Source of the DNA: a virus | Taxonomy: Duplodnaviria; Caudoviricetes | Virus record (IMG/VR): IMGVR_UViG_3300027769_000083 | Span: 1 to 33,780 of that record | Strand: one strand, 5' to 3' | DNA length: 33,780 nt | The notes under the pieces: generated by a model | What the model saw: only the letters and a program-made list of their open reading frames with translations | The model's database searches: none | Told to the model about the DNA's origin: nothing | Program-made: the position numbers and the translations under genes | Shown: piece after piece, positions 24,559 to 33,189 of the stretch | Layout: the number at the start of each line of letters is the position of its first letter | How positions within the stretch are numbered: the stretch's first letter is position 1

Positions 24559-26159
24559 TAATAAACATTATTATTATAATCATTTTTTATTTTATTCATA
24601 CTAGCTTTACCAAAATAACCGGCACCAGCACCATTAGAAGACTTAATAAATCCAAAATTTGATTTATATAGATTTGTTTCCCATATTTTAATTGCAGCTT
24701 GTGTATTAATATTTGTGTCAGAGAGCTGTTCGGGAGTAAAATTTTTCCCGCCATTTAATTTATAACCGCTGCCAGCAGCTAAGCCTATCTGGAATACTCC
24801 ATATGATGTAGGATTACCGTTATAACCATTTTGTCCTGGACTATAGCCATTAATATCTGATACGTTATTTCCGTTGAATCCAGATTCAACATTTCCCATT
24901 CTCATAAAGAAACTAGTCCATTCTTCTTTAGAACCTGTCACCAATCCATATTGTGCCATCTGAGCTCTCGTTTCTGGAGATAGATTTTCAAAATTTGTGA
25001 TCAGTGGCGATCCCTCGAGGTATTTTTCTAAGGCTTCTCTAACTTCTTCTTGTGTTTGTGCATGTGTTTTACTGGTTTTTTTCTTCTTAATTTCATCGTG
25101 CAGCTTCACTGTAGTTGGCGGTCCATCTGTTAGACCATAAGATCTGCCCCCATAATATCTGGAAGTCATGCCATTAGCCTTAATTTTTACAAACTTTTCG
25201 ACATATTCACCATTTACTGCTTCTAAAGTTTTAATAGAAATATCTTTGTCTATTAGCTTAGCAATATTCATGTCTGGATTGAATGGATTGTACCTAGACA
25301 TATAGTCTACCACACGAAAACAATCGCCTAACATCATTCTGTTATTAGATACGCCCTTAGAATAAGCCTCCATTGTACTTTGAAAAATAGATGGACTTGA
25401 AGCACCTATATATACAGCACCCTTCGCATCAGCACCAACCGCTTTTTTTCCTAATGCTTCTAATCCATAATTGGATACAAAATTGTGCATACTGGATCTT
25501 GCTTTGTCAAAAAAAGCTTTCATGCTAGTATAGGCTTCAGTGGTTGCATCCACTAAAGCACTCGGCATTTTGTTTATTTTTTCTAGAGAAAGACCTGTGG
25601 GTGGGGGAGAATTTAAATCTGTATCTTGCGGGGCAGAATTATGTATTGTGTTTACAGCACTGTAATCATAAATGGATCCCACACGTTGTGATAAATTTTT
25701 AAAATAATTGCAAGCAGATTCACATTGTCTCATTAAATCGGCAATTTTTTCTAAGAAATCTTTATCTTTATCTATGGGCAAATTGCGATTAAAATTGCGT
25801 TTTGGATCATACTGCTTCAATCGTTCTGAAAGATTATCTGATTTTTTAAATGTATCTTCTACTTCTCTCTTAAGAGTATCTTTTACATCAAAAGGCAACT
25901 GATCAATTTTTTTTCTGTAAAAAATTAAATGTTCTGTAGTAAGAGAAGGAGCATCCAATAAAAAATTTTTCATGAAGTCCCTAGAAGCTCCTAGTGTATC
26001 AGGATCTGTAGATATTTTTTTCCAAAGATAAGCTAAATTTATTTCTATTGGAAAATCTTCCAATAAATTACAGAGATCTGTGTTATCCCTTATAAAATCA
26101 GAATTATCACCTATTGCAATAGATTCTATGAATTCAGGAAATCCAGTATTAACTATCAT
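24555..26159 (-). CDS. Virion-associated protein with C-terminal lytic transglycosylase (lysozyme-like) domain
   Basis: 'M..VESGFN' (catalytic Glu-Ser), 'SYGVFQI' and 'L.D...N.QAA..I' follow SLT motifs. The N-terminal ~370 aa are unassigned. Confidence 0.72.
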   Translation of the reverse strand: MIVNTGFPEFIESIAIGDNSDFIRDNTDLCNLLEDFPIEINLAYLWKKISTDPDTLGASRDFMKNFLLDAPSLTTEHLIFYRKKIDQLPFDVKDTLKREVEDTFKKSDNLSERLKQYDPKRNFNRNLPIDKDKDFLEKIADLMRQCESACNYFKNLSQRVGSIYDYSAVNTIHNSAPQDTDLNSPPPTGLSLEKINKMPSALVDATTEAYTSMKAFFDKARSSMHNFVSNYGLEALGKKAVGADAKGAVYIGASSPSIFQSTMEAYSKGVSNNRMMLGDCFRVVDYMSRYNPFNPDMNIAKLIDKDISIKTLEAVNGEYVEKFVKIKANGMTSRYYGGRSYGLTDGPPTTVKLHDEIKKKKTSKTHAQTQEEVREALEKYLEGSPLITNFENLSPETRAQMAQYGLVTGSKEEWTSFFMRMGNVESGFNGNNVSDINGYSPGQNGYNGNPTSYGVFQIGLAAGSGYKLNGGKNFTPEQLSDTNINTQAAIKIWETNLYKSNFGFIKSSNGAGAGYFGKASMNKIKNDYNNNVYY

Positions 26160-26165
26160 AAATCA

Positions 26166-27677
26166 TTATCCTTTCAAAAGATTTTGTATATTATCAGCTT
26201 TTACACTAGTGTTTGTATCTAATAATTTATATGGTTTTATAGTTTCTATTTTGTTAATATAAGCGTTTTCTACGAAAATGTGTTTGACCGATGTAATGAG
26301 GTGTCTGCCTAAGTTATTAAGATCAAAATTTCTATCTGCATCAATATTTTTATCAAATTTTAACACATCTACGAAGGTAGCAGACTTTCTTGCGGTTGAT
26401 CCCCTTGTTTTATAAATGTATGTATAGTTCAAATTTAATAAATTTGATAATTTTTTAATCTCAAATTGTCTTTCATTCATTTCGGGAGGCAAAGACGATG
26501 TCACTGTTTTCCAAACATTTGACATATGCCCGGTACTTTGCGGCATAATAAAATTTTGTTGTAAATTATATGATGAAAACAACGGTTTAAATGGTTCGAC
26601 AAAGCATTTATTATATTTTTCTATGATTTCATCTGGTGCTAATGCTTGGGTATTATATAAAAATGCGCCATGTGCTCTTGAATATGACGAAATAGCTTCT
26701 TTTGTGAAAAATTTTAATATTAAAGATGCATCTGGTGATTCAACATACGATTCTTGAATATTTGAGTCTGATCCACCTAACCCAAATAAAATAATATCCG
26801 AATATATCTTAGATAAATGATTATAATCTATATTAGATTGTGTTTCTTTGTATGCACCTTCTGCTGCATTTGGTTGTCTGCCAAATCTTAATTCGCCTTT
26901 ACAAAATAATTCATTATTAGTAAACAAAGTTTTATATGATATCAAAATAAATTTTTTTTGTATTCTATCATATCTGAGAATGCATGGGCTATCATTGTGT
27001 ACATGAAATTGCATTGCATAATTTAAAACGGCAATATATGGTACAGGACCGGCTGGTGTTATATCTATGTTTATACAACCGTCTTGTTCTAAAAATTCCT
27101 TTCCTGATGAGTCCGTTAAAAATATACCCTGATCCATCTCTGTACATACTTCAGATAATATATCTTTTATCCAACGACCTGTTGGCTTTGTATTAAACGT
27201 ATTTTCTGAAAGATACGAACCAGCCCCACCTCCATTAAAAAAAGATTCTGTTAATTTATATTCTTTTGCTTCAACTAATTTTAATCTCTTGCAAATTGAA
27301 TTTTCATAATTTATATCTACGCAATCAGTGATAATAAATTCAAATTTTAAAACAAAATCATCATTAGTTAAAGGCAATATAGCATCTTCATTTGAAGCTG
27401 GTAATATTGTTAATATTAACATATCTCTACCATTACCTAGATATGTATATTCTTTGTCAAAAAATGATGCATCGTTTTTTACTATCATTTCTGCTGTATG
27501 AAATGGATGATGTATGTTATCTACTATTTCAATGTAACGGAATGCATTTCCTTTTAACATTGTTGCGTTGCCTGAATCATCTAATGCCACTAATGAAGCA
27601 CAAACAAAATAATCACTACCATTATATTGGTATTTAAATTGTTCATGATTGCTGCTTATGTAATTAGATATTGGCAT
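26166..27677 (-). CDS. Baseplate hub protein (T4 gp27-like)
   Basis: 'IEIVDNIHHPFHTAEM...N', 'GNGRD.L.L.I' and C-terminal 'GRHLITSVKHIF....Y.N.IETIK' are hub-family patterns; located next to gp53. Confidence 0.65.
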   Translation of the reverse strand: MPISNYISSNHEQFKYQYNGSDYFVCASLVALDDSGNATMLKGNAFRYIEIVDNIHHPFHTAEMIVKNDASFFDKEYTYLGNGRDMLILTILPASNEDAILPLTNDDFVLKFEFIITDCVDINYENSICKRLKLVEAKEYKLTESFFNGGGAGSYLSENTFNTKPTGRWIKDILSEVCTEMDQGIFLTDSSGKEFLEQDGCINIDITPAGPVPYIAVLNYAMQFHVHNDSPCILRYDRIQKKFILISYKTLFTNNELFCKGELRFGRQPNAAEGAYKETQSNIDYNHLSKIYSDIILFGLGGSDSNIQESYVESPDASLILKFFTKEAISSYSRAHGAFLYNTQALAPDEIIEKYNKCFVEPFKPLFSSYNLQQNFIMPQSTGHMSNVWKTVTSSLPPEMNERQFEIKKLSNLLNLNYTYIYKTRGSTARKSATFVDVLKFDKNIDADRNFDLNNLGRHLITSVKHIFVENAYINKIETIKPYKLLDTNTSVKADNIQNLLKG

Positions 27678-27679
27678 GT

Positions 27680-28030
27680 TTATTCTCTATTTTTTAATGA
27701 AGCCAAAACAGAAGATATATATTCTTTTTTAATGACCTTGATTACTGATCCTGGTGTTAACAATTTTAAAGAATTTTGAATATTATTACACAGCAATAAC
27801 AACCACCATAGGTGTATTGTTCCATACACATTGTGACTTATTGTGGTAAGTGGCAATAAATCAGGCACATTATAATAATCAAATACACTATCATCTATAT
27901 TTTCGGGCAAAGTAACTTTTTTTCCTATATTATAAAAATAATATGAATCATCATTTTCATTTGTATCTCTATACATATTGAAAATGTTTTCGTAATATTC
28001 TTTTGGATGTGATAAGTTTATTTGCTCCAT
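27680..28030 (-). CDS. gp53: Baseplate wedge protein (T4 gp53-like, LysM-type)
   Basis: 'LTTISHNVYGT..LWWL.L..NNI.N......G..IKV'. Confidence 0.85.
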   Translation of the reverse strand: MEQINLSHPKEYYENIFNMYRDTNENDDSYYFYNIGKKVTLPENIDDSVFDYYNVPDLLPLTTISHNVYGTIHLWWLLLLCNNIQNSLKLLTPGSVIKVIKKEYISSVLASLKNRE

Positions 28031-28031
28031 A

Positions 28032-29417
28032 TTATTTTCTGGTCATAGTTGCACCTATTATATCATATCTAGCACCAGGTGCAGCCATTTTTTCTGCTGT
28101 TTGTTTAGCTTCTTGTTTTGCCGCTGCTGCTGCTTCTTGTTTTTTTGCAAATTCTTCTTGTTGTCTTGCTTTCTCTAAAGCATTTTTTCTAAATTGTTCT
28201 TTTTGTAATTCTTCTTCTGACTTTCCTCTATAGCCGGTCGAATTACTGGGCGGGGGTATGTATTTTCCTTCCATTAACATAGCTTTTTCATACATATTCA
28301 CATCATATTTAAGTAGCGATGTAAATGTAATTGTTATATTATAAGCTTCGGGGTAAATGACCCCAGCATGCAAACTTTTTGTACCAACATGAGTTGCTTT
28401 GAAATCTGAAACATAACAAAAAGGCAAATTAACTTTACCAGGAATCAAAATATCGTATACGCGCGAAGGATCCACAGCAATCAAATCTTTGCGGTGCGGC
28501 ATATTGTTCAAACCGAATAATTTAATAAACTTTGTGTTTTTTTCCGTTTCAAAACTATTTACAATATTATAAAGTGGAAATGAAATGGTTACTGCAGGTT
28601 GACCTACGCTATTAAAATCATAAAATTGAGGCATCTGAATATATGCGCCGGGGGATAATAACGCCGGCAGTTGTGACAATTTTTGTAAATTCTTACCTGC
28701 GTTACTTGTATCTAAATTAAACAGACCCATAGAAAATTGAAGATATTCATTGGAATCAGAAAATTGATTTGATAAAGATAAAAATTCATCATCTAAATAT
28801 GGAAAAATAAATTTATTTCTTGTTGGTGATACAGTATATAAATGATCATATAATTTCTTCAATTTTTCATTATGCCAAGACATGCCGCTTTCATTTAACC
28901 CCGTATTAGATTGAAATTTTTCGATGAGGGTTTTGGCCTTTTGTTCTATACCAGAAGATGAAATTTCTTCTGCTGCATTATCTGCACCTTCTGAAAATGT
29001 TTTTGCCCATTCTGGTGATATTATATCATTGAATGATCCCCCCAATGTTTGAACTGTAGCTGCAATTGCATTGCCTGCGATATTGCCTGTTTTCTTTAAA
29101 GCATCTATACCTATAGTAAACGATGCTTTTAAATTTTGAACTAGAGGTGATGTACTTATGTTATATTCAGTAGCAATTAAATTTGGTACATTTTCTATTA
29201 TTGAATTTTTATTCTCAGATAAAGTCCAAATATAATCTTTTAAAATATTGAATTCTTCAGAAATTGTTTTTCTTTCAATGGGGGTTAATGTTGCGGATTT
29301 GGGCTCTGCTATTTGAATAGATGGAGTTTGTTGTGGTTCTCTGCTGCCTAAATTTTCACGCATTTTTTGTGCTTCGATGGGCACTCCTATAGTAAGTGGT
29401 TTTGCTTCGAATGCCAT
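28032..29417 (-). CDS. Tail tube initiator / baseplate-tube junction protein (gp48-like)
   Basis: C-terminal tube-like fold pattern 'VTISFPLYN...P....I.IPG...LP.CYVS.F.....G...YPEAYNITITF.SL'; lies between the tape measure and gp53. Confidence 0.55.
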   Translation of the reverse strand: MAFEAKPLTIGVPIEAQKMRENLGSREPQQTPSIQIAEPKSATLTPIERKTISEEFNILKDYIWTLSENKNSIIENVPNLIATEYNISTSPLVQNLKASFTIGIDALKKTGNIAGNAIAATVQTLGGSFNDIISPEWAKTFSEGADNAAEEISSSGIEQKAKTLIEKFQSNTGLNESGMSWHNEKLKKLYDHLYTVSPTRNKFIFPYLDDEFLSLSNQFSDSNEYLQFSMGLFNLDTSNAGKNLQKLSQLPALLSPGAYIQMPQFYDFNSVGQPAVTISFPLYNIVNSFETEKNTKFIKLFGLNNMPHRKDLIAVDPSRVYDILIPGKVNLPFCYVSDFKATHVGTKSLHAGVIYPEAYNITITFTSLLKYDVNMYEKAMLMEGKYIPPPSNSTGYRGKSEEELQKEQFRKNALEKARQQEEFAKKQEAAAAAKQEAKQTAEKMAAPGARYDIIGATMTRK

Positions 29418-29418
29418 A

Positions 29419-31578
29419 CTATTTTATACCCCCCATTAAATTGGTTGCAGCTACAGTACTATTTAAAAAATTTCTCCTCGAATCTGAAACATTTAATTTT
29501 AATCTTATGTCATTATCTAAAGGCATTTGAACATTATTAGTTTGTGATGATCCGGTTTTTTTTGCAATTACTTGTAATAATTCTGTTTGTTCAGCTAATA
29601 TTAGATTTTGAACATTCATTAATTTTATATCTTCCGCGGATGGCGTTATATTAGGCTGAATAACAATAGGTTTTGGTGTTTCTACTGTTGTTGTAGGTTT
29701 TTTAACTTCAGGTAAATTATTAAAATCCGTTGGTGTTAATTTTGCAATTTCTTTGGTGACAGCAGGTGTCATCATTATACCATCATTTCCTTTTGCTATC
29801 TTGGGATATTTTGATGCTATTTTAGCTTTATCTACTAATAATTTTTGTTTTTCTGTAAATTTTAATTCTTCTTGATATTTTAATTTTTCTTGTTTATTTT
29901 GTTCTTCAGACAGCTTTTTAGCCTGGTCATTTATATTAGGCATTTCAATTTTTTTCTTGCTACTAAAAAAATTCTTAAATGATGACCATAAATCTTTCAA
30001 CCAGGTCCATGCGCCAGTTAGCATATTTGCTACCCAATCATACATTCCATTAAATGTATCTTTTATACCTTCCCATATTTTGCCGGGCAAAGTTTTATTA
30101 ACTTCAAATTGTGCCTCTTCTTCAGGAGTTCTTGTTATGTCTCTCCAAGCTTGCCACACACCCAATCCAATAGATATTGCAGTACCGACTCCGGGGAAAC
30201 AAGAAGCAATTGCGGAGGCAATTTCTATTAAAGACCCAAAATAATCTCCTTTTAAAAAACGATCATAAGCAAAATATGCTCCTAAAATTCCACCTAGTAT
30301 AGGCAATCGCTTAGCTAAAAATTTTAAACTCTTTCCACCGAATCCTAATAGTTTAGATAAAATACCTTCCTTGCCGCCTTTTGCTAGAGCTTCGACTCCC
30401 GCAGTAGCTACTTTAGCTATATCATCAGATGCTTGTGTAAAGGGTATTTTTAAATTACCAAATATTGTGGGCATTTTTTCAGTTAAAAATTTAAATGGCC
30501 ATTGAACTATAGTAATTGCCTTTTCTTTCATTAAATTCACAATATCCATTGTGATTTTGCCTCCCATTAATTTTATTTTTGCTAATATATCATCAGATGC
30601 TTGTGTAAAGGGTATTTTTAAATTACCAAATATTGCGGACATTTTTTCAGTTAAAAATTTAAATGGCCATTGAACTATAGTAATTACCTTTTCTTTCATT
30701 AAATTCACAATATCCATTGTGGTTTTGCCCCCCATTAATTTTATTTTTGCTAATAAGTCTATAGTACCTTGCCACGGCGCAATTTTATCTGTAAAAAAAT
30801 GTGATAGTAAAGATAGAATAGGTGATGCAGCAAATAACATTACTCCCAATCCCTTCACAACATTGTAAAATCCGCGTATTGCTCTGATTAAAGATCCTAT
30901 AATAGGTATTGTTTCTAATAAATTGAGAAATCCAGAGTCAGACTTTTCTTCGTCTTTCTTTTTTTTATTTTCTTTTTCTTTTGAATTATATGTCAAATTG
31001 TCTGGTTTAAATAAATCTTTTTCTTTTGTTTCTTTTTCTGCCTTTAATTTATTTTTTTCAGATGCAGCTAATATTTTTGAAATAGCACTAACTTTCATTA
31101 CAGAATTAAAAATTTTTGCTATAGATGCATATCGACCTTTTTCTGGACCAGTTAATGATATATCATTGTTTTTTTCTTCTTTTTCACTCTCTATTTTTTG
31201 AACGACATTTTCTTTATTTTTTGTCTGAATTATTTTTGAAATAGCACTAACTTTCATTACAGAATTAAAAATTTTTGCTATAGATGCATATCGACCTTTT
31301 TCCGGACCAGTTAATGATGCTATATTCGTTTTTTCATCTCTTGGTATTAAATTACCGCCGATTACTTTTAAAGCTTCTTTAATATCATTAAAAGTTTTAG
31401 AAAGCTCTGCTATAGCCGACCCAGTTTGGTTTGTGGTTTGTATAGCAGCTGCAGTGTTAGCCATGGTACTGGCTGTTGTTCTGGCATATTCAGTGATTAC
31501 ATTCTTTAAGGATGTATTCGTTGATGTTAGTTGCTTTAATTCATTTAAAAGACGTTGTGTGAGGTCTTCTTTTGCCAT
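29419..31578 (-). CDS. Tape measure protein (T4 gp29-like)
   Basis: Helical and Lys/Ala-rich, with the hydrophobic segment 'KRLPILGGILGAYFAYDRF..GD..G..IEIAS.IAS.FPGVGTAISIGL' and W-spaced amphipathic repeats (IWEGIKDTFNGMYDWVANMLTGAWTWLKDLWSSFKNFF). Confidence 0.75.
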   Translation of the reverse strand: MAKEDLTQRLLNELKQLTSTNTSLKNVITEYARTTASTMANTAAAIQTTNQTGSAIAELSKTFNDIKEALKVIGGNLIPRDEKTNIASLTGPEKGRYASIAKIFNSVMKVSAISKIIQTKNKENVVQKIESEKEEKNNDISLTGPEKGRYASIAKIFNSVMKVSAISKILAASEKNKLKAEKETKEKDLFKPDNLTYNSKEKENKKKKDEEKSDSGFLNLLETIPIIGSLIRAIRGFYNVVKGLGVMLFAASPILSLLSHFFTDKIAPWQGTIDLLAKIKLMGGKTTMDIVNLMKEKVITIVQWPFKFLTEKMSAIFGNLKIPFTQASDDILAKIKLMGGKITMDIVNLMKEKAITIVQWPFKFLTEKMPTIFGNLKIPFTQASDDIAKVATAGVEALAKGGKEGILSKLLGFGGKSLKFLAKRLPILGGILGAYFAYDRFLKGDYFGSLIEIASAIASCFPGVGTAISIGLGVWQAWRDITRTPEEEAQFEVNKTLPGKIWEGIKDTFNGMYDWVANMLTGAWTWLKDLWSSFKNFFSSKKKIEMPNINDQAKKLSEEQNKQEKLKYQEELKFTEKQKLLVDKAKIASKYPKIAKGNDGIMMTPAVTKEIAKLTPTDFNNLPEVKKPTTTVETPKPIVIQPNITPSAEDIKLMNVQNLILAEQTELLQVIAKKTGSSQTNNVQMPLDNDIRLKLNVSDSRRNFLNSTVAATNLMGGIK
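30418..30753. repeat. Tandem duplication, 2 x 168 nt, in frame, within the tape measure gene
   Basis: 30418-30585 vs 30586-30753 differ at 5 positions (t/c, g/a, g/a, a/g, t/c). Confidence 0.95.
31072..31318. repeat. Direct repeat, 2 x 88 nt, period 159 nt, within the tape measure gene
   Basis: 31072-31159 vs 31231-31318 differ at one synonymous position; both encode SLTGPEKGRYASIAKIFNSVMKVSAISKI. Confidence 0.95.
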
Positions 31579-31584
31579 TGTAAT

Positions 31585-31590
31585 TATTTA
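31585..31590 (-). promoter_or_regulatory. T4-type late promoter TAAATA
   Basis: TAAATA attaca ATG(31578), intergenic. Confidence 0.7.
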
Positions 31591-31602
31591 ATGGCATGAT
31601 CT

Positions 31603-32337
31603 TTAAACAAACAACCTAGCATCTAAAGTAAGTTTTACTCCTTCAGCGGTGAGATATTCTTCTTCGGGATTTTTAAATTTTTCAGCAATTAATGCATTTA
31701 ATTTTGTAATGATAGAAGCTGGTAATTGTTCTATTAATTTTAATCTATCTTCAATTGTCAGTAAAGACATATCTTGTTGGAGCTCCCCAATTTGAATTGT
31801 TTTTATATATTTTAATACTTCGAACACATACATTTCACCAATAATATTAGTTAAATCAATATTCGAAGCTTTTTTGATCTTTCCTAATTGCATTTTTGAT
31901 ACAATCTGATCTATAGCTATGTTAGGAGCTTGCGCTGTTATCTTAAGTAGTCCTTCTTCAATAAAAAAATCTTCAAATGCAGAAGCTTCGACATTTAATT
32001 TTTTATCAATAAAAATTTTTGTATCAATTTGTTTATCTTCTGACTCTAGTAATTGCGAAGTGAATTTATTTCTAAGCGCAAAAGCTATAACAGGTTTATC
32101 TAATAATCTATAATTATTTTTTTCTAAGCTATTTTGATCAATAATTGCATTGAAAATTACATTAAATTCCAATAAATTAAAAATTTCAGATGAAATACCT
32201 GATTTTAAAATTTCTTTCTGTTGTTGTAGTGACAATGGTTTGAATGAGACTGTCCGTTGCAACGAGGGTATAAAAACATTTACAGTATCTTCAAAGTTAA
32301 TTTCATTTAATTTGCTTAGAATATCATTCAATCCCAT
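31603..32337 (-). CDS. Baseplate hub assembly chaperone (T4 gp26-like)
   Basis: 'V.IPS....V.FKPL...QQKEIL', 'LLDK..I..ALR' and 'D.L.LIEQLP' follow gp26-like patterns; directly upstream of the tape measure. Confidence 0.6.
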   Translation of the reverse strand: MGLNDILSKLNEINFEDTVNVFIPSLQRTVSFKPLSLQQQKEILKSGISSEIFNLLEFNVIFNAIIDQNSLEKNNYRLLDKPVIAFALRNKFTSQLLESEDKQIDTKIFIDKKLNVEASAFEDFFIEEGLLKITAQAPNIAIDQIVSKMQLGKIKKASNIDLTNIIGEMYVFEVLKYIKTIQIGELQQDMSLLTIEDRLKLIEQLPASIITKLNALIAEKFKNPEEEYLTAEGVKLTLDARLFV

Positions 32338-32343
32338 GAAAAA

Positions 32344-32349
32344 TATGTA
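32344..32349 (-). promoter_or_regulatory. Variant late promoter TACATA
   Basis: TACATA tttttc ATG(32337): same spacing as the TAAATA sites, one mismatch. Confidence 0.45.
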
Positions 32350-32352
32350 TGG

Positions 32353-33189
32353 CTATAATGAAAAATTGCTATTGGTTTTCTTTTGTGCTTCTTCTTGCTT
32401 TTTAATTTCATTGTTTTGCAATGCAACATACATTCTAGCTTCATTAAATGTCATAGACATAAAATGATCATATGATATATTGAGTTTTGTAATTAAATTA
32501 AATTGCAATTCATAAAAATTTTTTAAATTATCATTATATATTGTTTTTATAAATTCAAATAATGAATTATTAAAAGGATTGAGTTTAAAATTTTTAAATG
32601 ATTCCAATATATCAATATTAAAAATATTTTTATCTTCTATATATGATATATATTTTAAAATATATTCTTTGATATCATTGTAAATGCTAGCTGGAATGCT
32701 CTCATATAATGAGATTTTTTCATGATCAGTTAGATAATTTAAATCTAAGTCATTAATTTTTAAAATGCATTTAAAAAATATGTCATCATTACTATCTAAT
32801 AGAAAATTATTAGGAATTCCAATCTTGAATTTTAAATTTCCTATATTAATTTCATTATAATCAATTTTTAAATTTTGTATATTCTTACAAATATCAAAAA
32901 GATTATATTTTATATGTGTATTTTCTGCGAAAAATTCTATTACATTTCCTATAGAAGTAGATCTCATTTCTAATAAAATACAAAATTTATCTAAATTTGA
33001 TAAATCAGAAGGTGATATATCTGTAAGATCATTAATGCATTGATCAAAAAATGATAACAAGTCATTATAACTGTTGTTTTGCAAAAATTTTAAAATATCT
33101 AAATAATAAAAATTATTAATTTCTTTAATTTTTACAAATTTCTGAGAAACTGGTAAAAATAATGTAGTATAGAAATTAGATTTTATCAT
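32353..33189 (-). CDS. gp26-like hub chaperone with gp51-like C-terminal segment
   Basis: 'LFLPVSQKFVKIKE' and 'LDKF.ILLEMR..SIG' (gp26-like); 'FYELQFNL......SY..F.SMT..E..MYV' (gp51-like). Confidence 0.6.
   Translation of the reverse strand: MIKSNFYTTLFLPVSQKFVKIKEINNFYYLDILKFLQNNSYNDLLSFFDQCINDLTDISPSDLSNLDKFCILLEMRSTSIGNVIEFFAENTHIKYNLFDICKNIQNLKIDYNEINIGNLKFKIGIPNNFLLDSNDDIFFKCILKINDLDLNYLTDHEKISLYESIPASIYNDIKEYILKYISYIEDKNIFNIDILESFKNFKLNPFNNSLFEFIKTIYNDNLKNFYELQFNLITKLNISYDHFMSMTFNEARMYVALQNNEIKKQEEAQKKTNSNFSL

Noticed and set aside
30418-31318. Tape-measure repeats as a diversity-generating retroelement TR/VR pair or a CRISPR array
   Set aside because: Mismatches are not confined to adenines of one copy, both copies are coding and in frame, no reverse transcriptase is present, and the two-copy, 88-168 nt units do not fit CRISPR.
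32353-33189. Extremely AT-rich stretch (and relatively GC-richer 1-3200) as horizontally acquired DNA
   Set aside because: Explained by amino-acid composition (Ile/Asn/Lys/Phe-rich versus Gly/Ala/Thr-rich); both fit the surrounding virion gene context.
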